NCBI GenBank assembly: GCA_951406725.2
Contig: OX597815.1
Location: 49,972,001-50,036,000 of the forward strand
Direction: 5' to 3'
From: Octopus vulgaris
Taxonomy: Eukaryota
DNA length: 64,000 nucleotides
Positions 53,686 through 64,000 of the stretch are shown here, one piece after another; the stretch's first letter is position 1; each line of letters starts with the position of its first letter. A model generated the notes under the pieces. That model saw only the letters and a list, made by a program, of their open reading frames with translations. It had not been told where the DNA came from and made no database searches. The position numbers were made by a program, and so were the translations under genes.

Positions 53686-54769
53686 AGAGAATAAAATATT
53701 GCCAATATGATACTGAGAAGGAGCCATGTTATTACACCATTTTAAAAATAATTTCAAGATTATCTACAATATTTATTTCATTTTTGTATTTGGTTTACAT
53801 GATTCTTAACATAAAATTGTACATTGAAACAAATTGTTTTGTATGTTGGGTGGGCCATTACGCTAATAATAAACACATGCACTGATTTTATATTAAAATA
53901 TGGTATAGTTACAATATTTATATTCCCACAACATTTCAAACAGTTATCCACCCCCGACCTTCCCAGCATTATCAAATGTATTTATTTATGCATGGTTAAG
54001 ACTACATTGTCACTGAGTCCTGAGTTCAAATACAGTCTGAGATTGATAGAAATGTAATGCAAATTATCATCATCATCATCATTGTTTAATGTCTACTTTC
54101 CTTGCTGGCATGGGTTGAACAATTTGACAGGAGCCGGTCAGGTAGACATCTACTACATCTGTTTTAGCATGGTATGTATGGCTGGATGCCCTTCCTAACA
54201 CCAACTTCCCCACAGAGTGGATTGAGTGCTTTTTATATGGCACCAACATAGGCAAAGTCAGTTTTGGCATAGTTTTTACAGTCAGATGACTTTCCAAATG
54301 CCAACCACTTTACAATGTGGACCAGATGCATTTTACATGATGCCAGCACTGGCATGGTCACCAAGTAACTTACAAGACAAAGATCCTTTGAGAGGGGAGG
54401 GGGCTTGGAGGGAGTAATTTTGTGTCAGGTGATGAAAGGTTATAGTGAGACAGAGAAACAGAAACAGCTGTCTTGTTGTAGAGGAAGTACATGGTTACCT
54501 AACCAGAGAAAGAGAGAGAAGATAGAGAGAGAAGAAAGAGAGGGAGAGAGAGAATGGGAGGAAGAGTGAGAGGTAACAAGAAAGAGGACAGAAACAGGTG
54601 TGTTGCTGTCCTCTTTCTTGTTACCTCAGCACATAAGCACTAAATATGATATTAATAATCTAAGACATTATAAAATTATTTGCAGCAATTCATCATGTAC
54701 ATTAATGTTTTAATTCTGTACATTTTATTGTTTTAATGTTTTATTTCTGATCGTTGGAAACTTGTTACA

Positions 54770-55895
54770 GTGTTTCCTATTCCCCAAAAAGGAAATTTCT
54801 CTGATCCTGTCAATCATTCTCCTATTGGACTCCTTTCTAATATTTCTAAGGTAATGAGGATACCTATGAGCAATGATGACCACCAATACCTTGAATCTCT
54901 CTTTCTCCCTAATGACTACCACTATAGCTTTTGTAATGCCAGATCAAATGGTAACCTTCTCTCCTTTACTTCCTGCAAGTGGACTCTTTCCTTGGGTTTG
55001 GTTTTCTCCCTTGTCCTCTTCCTTCTATCAATGACTTATTTACAACCTCAACCAATACCCACTCTTATGCAGATGGTACTATCTTTCATTGTTACCTAAC
55101 ATTCTTCACCTTTGTATTATCGATTCCCCATCTGAACATGACATGTCAAGCCCACACTGACTTCATGAACAGAAAACTCAAAATTATCCTCCAGTGGGGA
55201 TATACTAATTTTGTCCTTGTTGACAGCAAGAAACCACAAATGCTACTCATACAAAGGAACATCATCACACCACACATCTTTCATCATCAACATTACTCAG
55301 CTAGATTCCTCAAAATTGCTCCAACTTTTGGATATCTATCCTAGTGGTTTGGGGATTTCTCCAAGTGGAAGCATGTTTTTATCACAGTTAAGAAATACAT
55401 CTTCTCTTCAAGGTTAGAAGATACTTCATCCACCAAGAATTATTGAGATTCTATAAAGCTGAGGTGAAGTCCTTAATGAAATATTGCCCTGACATTTGGA
55501 ATAGGTAAGTTGCTGCATGTTTTATTTCTGTACATTTTATTGTTTTAATGTTTTATTTCTGATCTTTGGAAACTTGTTACAGTGTTTCAGACTGAAGCCA
55601 GGAAAGGGACACTTTTTGGTGAATTCTCACTCACAGTTACACTCCACTTTCTAGTCCACAACAGCACTGACTTTTCTCTCAGCTTATTCTTCTGCTATTA
55701 TAATGCATCTTAGAACAAGCTATGCTCATGCCACTACCACTCACTCAAGCATTCCTGATCTACTCTTCTCTTCTGTCAACAGTCTTGTGTTGAAAATCCT
55801 GCCAGGTCTCACATTAATTACTAGACCCAATCCTTCCCTCTCAGGATGTCACCCCACTGGAATTTCCTCCTTTCTCCTATCTTTCCTGCTTGTGT
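54770..55895 (+). mobile_element. Decayed CR1/Jockey-group LINE RT remnant
   Basis: PIPQKGNFSDPVNHSPIGLLSNISK (PIPKKG..NYRPISLL-like) and SYADGT (YADD-like), with many frameshifts. Confidence 0.6.
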
Positions 55896-55902
55896 TGACT
55901 TA

Positions 55903-55933
55903 CAAGGATTCTGAGTTCGATTCCAGGCAGTGA

Positions 55934-55986
<53 letters not shown>

Positions 55987-56118
55987 TCGAAAAATACCTT
56001 AGGAATGAGAACCCATGTTCAAAATTTCCCCAAGACGACTGATGAAGGCTGGAGAGTATATCAGCTGAAACGTGTTAACAAACAAGATGAGGACAAATAT
56101 CCATCAAATGTAAATAAG
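55903..56118 (+). mobile_element. Second, 5'-truncated copy of the hammerhead-bearing SINE
   Basis: GAGTTCGATTCCAGGCAGTGACCTG-(AAT)n-...CTGATGA-AGGCTG(GAGAGTATAT)CAGCT-GAAAC-GT; colinear with 49680-49917. Confidence 0.75.
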
Positions 56119-56520
56119 AATATTAAAGTCATCACTCTCACTAGTGCAGGCAGGGTCTACAAAGGCAGTGATTAGACTGTCCCTACCTCTGGATTTAACA
56201 AGTTAAAAAAAATTTGTTTACTGCTTGTGAGAAGATCCAATAATTCCTGATGAAGCAAGTCTATGGCTTTAATGTTGACAATTGCTGGTCATGAACAACA
56301 ACACCAATGTGATTTAGTTTTGTGAAGGAAAAGTCCTTACTGAACAAATGGCTCAATATGTAGTTATCATGTGGCAATCTGATTAAATTATATCAAAAAC
56401 ATTTTATATACACACATGAGATTTTGACATTTTATAATATGGCGATATGATCAATCTTGATAACAGATCAAAAACAATCTAACCATGACTGTCACATCAT
56501 TTTATATATCTGAGACAATA

Positions 56521-57809
56521 CAAGATGGTATCAAAAGGTTCTCAGGCTTATTATATTTAATAAAAAATAAACTATTTACTTAAGTTTTAACATCATCTCC
56601 TTCAAATAAGTCATCTTGTACAGCAATACACTGGTTCTGGTATTCCTGCCACTTTTGGAATCAGATTTGGAAGTCGTTTCTTGTAAGCAAGTCGAGGACC
56701 TTCTGCAGTTTGCTCTGGATCTTGACAGCAGTATTAAAACAGCAACCTTTGAGCTGCATTTTCATCTTTGGGAAGAGGTGAAAGTCCACAAGTGCTAAAT
56801 CTTGCAAATAGGGTGGGTGCAGACGCAATACCATGCTGTTTTTGGTGAGAAACTCATGAGTGAAGAGAGCTGAGTGAGAGGGTGCAGCATCATGAAGAAT
56901 CCAATTTTCAAGTTGCACAGATCTGGTTACTTTTGCAGAATGTCCACCCTCAAATGTTTCAAAATGTTGCAGTAGAAATCTTGATTGACAGTCCTGACCC
57001 TGTGGAATGAATTCTTGATGCACAACACTGTGGATGTCAAAAAAAGATGATGAGCATGCTCTTCATTGAGCTGTGGCTCTGTTGTGCCTTCTTCAGCCAT
57101 GGAGATGAAGGGCTCTTCCATTGTGATGATTGCTACTTTGTCTCAGAGTTATAGCAGTGGACGCAACTGTCATCACCGGTGATGATCCTTGACATGAAGG
57201 ATGGATCAGCAGCATGCCGACGGAGATCTTGACAGACTTTGACGTGATGTTCTTTCTGCTCAGTGGTCAGCAAGCAGGGAACAAACTTAAGAGAGATAAA
57301 CTGCATGTTCAATTCTGATGCTAAGATTATCTGCACTGACCCATACGACAGACCAACAACATCTTTGATTATCCTCCGATGATTCTCATGAACAAGCTGA
57401 GGAATTTCTTTAACATTTCCAGGAGTGATGTTTAAGGAAAATCTTCAAGATCACTCATTGTCTTCCAGGGACATTCTTCCACTCTTGAAGCATGTGTACA
57501 GCCCATTGCCTCCTCACCGTAAGTTTACCAAAGCATGCTTAATGTTTCTGTAGCAGACTTCCCAAGTTTAATGCAAAATTTCATGTTGGATCTTTGTTCC
57601 AACTTCCTGTCCAAGGCAAAAATTGCAGACCACAGCATACATGTGATCACAAAAACGCAAATTTCAAAACTTGTGTAGTAAACACAGCAATGTCACTCTG
57701 GCCACTGCCTCATGAAAGTCACTACTAGCTCTTACAGATCATGCAATCGAGTGCTGTCATCTGTTGGTGTGCTACCGAACTAGTCCAGGGACTTTTTGAT
57801 ACCACCACG
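56521..57809 (-). mobile_element. Mariner (DD34D-type) transposon, near full length, decayed
   Basis: TIRs CAAGATGGTATCAAAAGGTTCTCAGGCT / AGTCCAGGGACTTTTTGATACCACCACG with TA on both sides. Remnants IITGDDS..YNSETK, WILHDAAPSH and HPPYLQDLALVDFHLFPKMK. Confidence 0.88.
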
Positions 57810-57964
57810 TATTGTTCAATATCAGCCTTCTCTTCCCAAATAGTTAGGATATGAAAAAGTTTTGCTAAAAGTATATTATGGTGTGAAGACAAGATCTAAG
57901 ATGAGATTTAGGGACCCATTCCACTCATTTCTACTTTTGTTGCTCAATACAAATAGTAAAGCTG

Positions 57965-58182
57965 TTCCAGTTCACTCAGCTGTAGAAATGAGTTGCGATG
58001 TCACTGGTGCCTTGCTGTATCAGCCTTTATCTGTCCCTTGGATAACATCAGTGGCATGGAGAGGGAAGGCTGGTATGCATGGACAACTGCTGGTCTTCCC
58101 TAAACAACTTTGCCTGGATTGTGCCTTGGAGGAGAACTTTCTATGTGCAATCCCATGGTCTTTCATGACCAAAAGGAGTCCT
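57965..58182 (+). mobile_element. SINE family D, 3' part
   Basis: Matches 51430-51650. Confidence 0.8.
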
Positions 58183-58884
58183 TACTCTTTTTTTAACTTG
58201 TTCAAAACAAAGTAGGCTTTGCTGACTGCTACTTATTGTGCTGAATGCCTGGCTATATTGGATGCTATATTTTGGAGACATTCACATTCTAATAGAGAAC
58301 TAAGACCACTCAACTACATTTATGCTATTGGCAGAGACACACAACATGAAATTAAGATCCTACCAAATTTAATTGGGGACAGAGATTCCCAGTATGGCAT
58401 GGTGGAATGCCTTTTAGTTGTGGCTGCTTGATAAAGTTTAGCTGCTATCAAATTTTTATTTATTTCTTAATTTTAGTTATCAACAGAGGTGGACATATTT
58501 ATTACCAATAATGTAATATTTTTTTTATCAAATAAAAAAAAATAGGTATAAACAGAATAACATGTAATATGCTAGAGAGAGAAGTCTGTACTGATATTGA
58601 TATGCGAGGCATCCAAATTCCTTCCATCTGGATTGCTTAGCAATCCAAATAGAAAGAATTCCTCATTCTTTCACTTCTGCAAGAAGAGGAAATAATCTCA
58701 ATAGTTAATTATTTGTCCTTTTTCTAAAATTATATCTTTTTTATTTTTAAATAATATTCACTTGCATGTTTTTGTTTTGTGTTTATGTGGATGATTTTAT
58801 TTCTTAAAACTATTAAATTATTTCCATATCTGAATCTAGTAGAAATCTATTTACAAAAATCATATAAAAATTATTTGTTGGTAA

Positions 58885-59057
58885 CACGCCTTGCCACTTG
58901 TTGCAGTCCTTTGTCATTTGCTTCATGAGGATCCATGTCCTGATATCAAGTGCCACCACCACCATATCTTCCTCTTTGGCAAGTTCTTTCCACTTGGGTT
59001 ATGTAGGAATCCAAATGGAAGGAATACCAAATGCATCACATGCCCATACCAGCACAG

Positions 59058-59060
<3 letters not shown>
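58885..59060 (-). mobile_element. Old RTE C-terminal fragment
   Basis: Minus strand reads RLCWYGHVMH..., matching the [11 protein letters not shown] motif. Confidence 0.6.
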
Positions 59061-59102
<42 letters not shown>

Positions 59103-61347
59103 TTTCCTATATTATATCTAATTCCTCTTACACCCATATTTTCTCACAAAGTTTAAATAAAAATAAGCAGAAGCAAAGTCAACCCCAGCAGAATTTGAAC
59201 TCAGAAAGTAAAGATGGATGAAATGTCACTTTAATAAAAACAACATTACAATATTTCCAAATTTTACGAAAATTATTCAGGTATCTTTGTATTTTAAAAA
59301 TTAAAAATATTTTCTTTTTCTGCAGTCAACACTTTTAGCTTTTTCTCTTCTAACTATTATGATTTGAGATAATTATCTGTCCTTATTCTAAAACTATGTG
59401 TTTTCTACCTTTTACTCTTTCATTGTGAAGACTGTTCCAGAGTGACTTGGTATGATCATTCCCTTATGTACAGAGTACTCTGGAATGATTTGTAACCATG
59501 GGAACATTTGTATTGTCTGTATTGTCTGCTAGCCAGCTCTGAAGAATTATCTGGAAGAAAAGTACCCAGGCACAATGTTGACATTTATATTCAACTCATG
59601 AAGTGAAATGTCAGCCATATTCCCAAGGATTTTAGCCAAATAAACAAAAAAAGATTGCAAAAGTAAAGGAACTGGAAGTTTGTATACTTATGACAACATC
59701 AAGTATAAATAGCAGTGTACGTGTGTGTGTGTGTGTAATCATGTATATCGATGTGTGAGTATATATGATTGAATGATATACATTGTCAGACTTCTAAATG
59801 CTTAAAAGTTATGATTTGAGGATGCTGTTTAGACGAGTTCATCCTAATTGTACTGTGAACGCAGTAACTGTAGTATACAATGTGAATTCTGTGCATGCTA
59901 CATAGGCCTAGTTTACATACATTATTTAACCACTAATCAGTTGATTGGAATGCAAAAAAAATGGCAAAAAGTTCATGCAAGAATATTGAGCAGGTTTTGG
60001 TCTATAAGTGTTAAAATATGACGTGTTAAATTCATTAAATTACATAAAATGTATTTGCACATGGGTTATGCCTACAAAAAGTATACCTCACTGAGATATT
60101 TAAATTATATTTACTTTCATGTTCTTGCTTTCTTTAAAGTTTGAAACTTTATTTCTTAAAAAAAAAAATTAATTTTTTCTATATTGAATCCTATTGAAAT
60201 CTATTTACAAAAACCCTACAATAATTTTTTTTTAAATTCTGAATATATGATTGTATTAAATTATACAGCTGTCCAGTTTAAAACTGAACAGCTATATAGT
60301 TCATTGAATATATTATATTAATGAACATCTATACAATTTATCCTGAGAAACAGTTGATTTACAACTTATTTTGCAATAAACAGCATCGCAATTCCATTAG
60401 AATTTAGAAGTGAATTCTTGATGCTAAAAATTACAAAGCATTATTTAGCTGATATTTTTCAAAATTACTTCTGTTATCAATTTAACACTTCCTTTCACAA
60501 ACATGAATGCAGAGTTCAGGTTAACCAACGCTAAAATGAATACCTCACATTGTGTAACTGTGTATCATTAAAGTTAATAATTTCCCTGATAGACAACAAC
60601 ATATAGACATCTTTTGTATTTGGAAACAATGGAATTTATAGTATATAACATTAACCTGTGTTTACAAAGCAAAGGGATCTTTGTTCTTCAAATTGGAGGC
60701 GTTAAATAATTCTAGCTATTTTTAGAATCAAATTTCTATCTATCACTTAACCCTCAATAATTTACTGTTTATTACGAGAAAATTGAAAGAAATAATTACA
60801 AGTAAAATAGTAATTAAACATTAGTGGTTACTTGAGGATAATATATGCAATATAAGCTGAAGATAATATAAATATGTGATCAGAAGTGATGGTAGGAGGG
60901 GGTGAAACAAAATGGGATGATCTTGTAGCTAACATTCTAGATAGTGGTAAGCCAGAAAGACATGAAATCAGATTTCTTGGAATAATTAAAAATGTAACAA
61001 AAGCCATAGCAAATTACAGAGAGATAATTTAATCAATAGATTCATGCTAGCATGGAAGTCACAAATAAAAATTAATAATATATTGCAGTTCCAAATTTAG
61101 CAGCAGTTGTTCAATAAGTTGACTACTTATGTAAACAGGAGTCAACATATGGAGTCAACATTACTTACCTTAATAAGACCTAAGAGTCAATGAAATGGTT
61201 GAAAATATAATTTAATAGTAGCAGAATAGCAAGAGAAATAGTAATAAGACAATAATATATCATTGTTTAAACATCAACAAAAATTAACTGAGATGGCTAG
61301 CTACAGTTAATATAGATAGACAAATGCAATATACATATATATATATA

Positions 61348-61565
61348 TAATATTAGGGAATATAACTTCAAACTTACAGGGAAAAATTCAATTTAGTATT
61401 AAATCAAATTTCACAATATAAATATATAAAATATAAATTAGAGATAAAACCACTATTATGCCATTCAAACAATAATAGACATAAGCCAAAACATAAATAA
61501 CTAATGTCTATCATTGTTTGAATTGCATAATAGTGGCTTTATCTCTAATTTATATTCTATATATA
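61348..61565. mobile_element. Fold-back element: ~64-bp arms, ~15-bp spacer, one-sided extension, in (TA)n
   Basis: 61422-61485 matches the reverse complement of 61501-61565 (AATTAGAGATAAA.CCACTATTATGC.ATTCAAACAAT.ATAGACAT). Confidence 0.7.
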
Positions 61566-61568
61566 TAT

Positions 61569-61633
<65 letters not shown>

Positions 61634-62178
61634 GAAAGATAAATGATCTTATCTTTATTGAGAATTATGTTACAATGAGTCACACAAATGTTTCACAGTT
61701 CCAGCTGACTATATGGCTAATATGCTGCCCTGAAGAATAACTATAGAGATGTATCAAAAGTGCCATTCCACCTTATAGGTTCATCCCAGCAAATAGCAAT
61801 CTCTATTCCAATCAAACCGAGAGGAGATGAGATTCAAGAATCCAGGCTGCTGGGGAAGTTTATCACTATTGATTTGAAAATAATCCTATTTGAGAGCAGC
61901 TGGTATATCATTAGCTTGCAATCCTTCATTTGTCACATGAAAAAAATTGGTTGGATCTGGTGCCAGTTTTACTAACTTGCTACGAGAGAAAATATCAATG
62001 CATTTGTATTCCATATGAAATTTTTGTCACCTCAAAACAAGAAGACTGTAATACTATCCAGTCTTTAAATATCTTTGCAATCTAACTGCACCAATTCCAG
62101 TTGCAACAGAAAAATAGCTGTGTTAGAGAAATTGTTAAAGAGACAAGGGACTAACTATATTTAGTAATGTGTAATATA

Positions 62179-62552
62179 GGCACAAGCATGGCTGTGTGGT
62201 AAGAAGTTTGCTTCCCAACCACATAGTTCTGGGTTCATTCTTACTGCATAATACCTTGAGCAAGTATCTTCTACTATAGCCTCGGGCTATAATAGAAGAC
62301 ACTTTAATTGATGGAAACTGAAAGAAGTTCATTGTATATATGTGTCTGTCCTCTACCACCACTTGTCAACCGATGTTGGTATGTTTACATCCCATAACTT
62401 ATCAGTTCAGACAATGACTGATAGAATGATTACTAGGCTTAAATTAAAGAAAAATAAATACTGGGGTCGATTTATTCAACTATGATGCTTCGAGGTGGTG
62501 CCCCAGCATGGCCACACTCTAATGGCTGAAACAAGTAAAGGTTAAAAGATAA
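62179..62552 (+). mobile_element. SINE family A with an internal fold-back replacement
   Basis: Head and tail motifs present; 62262-62304 is a hairpin absent from the other copies. Confidence 0.85.
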
Positions 62553-64000
62553 ATGCAACAAACATTTTGATAAATAATAAACAGAAAATTTCCAAGTGAA
62601 AGATTTAAACAGATGACCTAAGTTACTTGAATGCTAAGTGGCTTTGCTCTTAAACAAATTTTTTTTTCATCTTTTTATATGAGTTGCCCCTGCATAACAA
62701 TAGCTTTCTACTTGGAGTCAAGAAAATACTAACAGAGATATTCTATTTATGCAATTTCCAAAGTATTCAATTAATCAAGACAACAAGTATTTAGCTAATA
62801 CTGATTTTTAAAAAAAATACTATATAAGTGCAACAGAAAGTAAAGATCTAACTGTATACGATGAAACAGCCACGGAACATTCGACCATGTTTGTAAGCCT
62901 TTCATGAAATTCCTGACAGTGATTCGTTCAATCTTACAGTGTTTGTAGACTCAGATCAGTTGTTACTCACTTAGTCAAAGATAACAATACCAATTACCAA
63001 TAGTCTTTTGTAGCAATACATGAACACTGTTGATTCATTACTTTAACATATGTTTTAAGGCAATAAGATTCTGTGACAAAATGAACTCACAGACAAGAAT
63101 CTTTTTTATATTAGCATTGACCTCTTGTAAACAGGAGAGCCTGAATGCAAGTTGTTAATTGTGAGGATGAGCCATGATGGAATAAACCAAAAGGAAAAGA
63201 GAAAACTAATATGTATCAAAAACTCAATCAAGATTATTTCATCATGCAGTCTTTTTTGTAAGCTCCAAAGAAAAAAGTAAATTAAGCAATATAAAAACAA
63301 CATGAAAAGTACATGGAAATGAGAAAAATATATCGCTATAAAATCAATTCAGCTCTTTTATGTAACACATCATTACAGCATGATATGAAGATAGGAAATT
63401 CTGTGACTGTTATTTTGATTCAACAACAATGCATACAACATTATTCTTGTTTAACAGTATATGGCCTTAACATAATAAAGGATATTGATGTCATTATTAT
63501 TTGGGTATATAGGATACAGATGTCAATAAAGAGATGTGCCTATCACATAACTGCTATTTAAAATGTTTTTATGTAATTTTTGAATTAGTTTTATCTATGT
63601 TTTTATGGTTTTTTATGATTGAGAATTAAACAAGTTTTCAAGTTTAAACAACAACTGCATCATCGTTCGTCTCCCCGAAGAGAGAGTGCTAAGTATTTTA
63701 CCAAATGATTTGTTAATAATGCCTGCAATGTTTATTGAAGAAAAATTGTAAATCAAAATTCAGAATTTGCATTTTTACAGCTTTAAAATGAGAAAGAAAA
63801 GAAAAACTTAGAAAAAATATTTTTATTATCACAATATAGATATTCCAGTGTGCTTTCGATTATAACAAAGCTTTTGTAAATTCCCTAGTTAATCACAGGA
63901 AAAGATTGTAAACTGTTCAGCGTTCAATTAGTTAAATAAAATGCCATAACATTCTCACAAATCTTACTTACTCCATGGCATGACATTCACACAATCTTTT

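Noticed and set aside
58616-58660. 45-bp imperfect palindrome as a miRNA
   Set aside because: It has a 1-nt loop and short arms; more likely a neutral fold-back.

Overview
AT-rich, microsatellite-dense eukaryotic DNA, most likely intronic or intergenic sequence of an octopus (inferred from the SINE families, the RTE LINE and the (TA)n/(CA)n/(CAT)n load). No host protein-coding gene is confidently identifiable, and nearly all listed ORFs are microsatellite or antisense noise. The window is a transposon mosaic. It holds a young 5'-truncated RTE LINE (28.8-32.3 kb, minus strand) with a PHD-type finger inserted in its RT region and a 63-bp repeat array in its 3' UTR. It also holds a Penelope-like GIY-YIG element with 1,008-bp inverted arms (10.7-13.1 kb), three decayed Tc1/mariner elements, three Helitrons (one enclosing a deleted Gypsy), and many tRNA-derived SINEs. 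The most interesting signal is a set of minimal hammerhead-ribozyme-like motifs and fold-back elements that look Penelope-derived. These include a tRNA-headed SINE carrying a hammerhead-like motif in its tail (49.6 kb and 55.9 kb), a candidate Penelope-mobilised SINE. All coordinates, alignments and RNA pairings were read by eye, so repeat boundaries are approximate.
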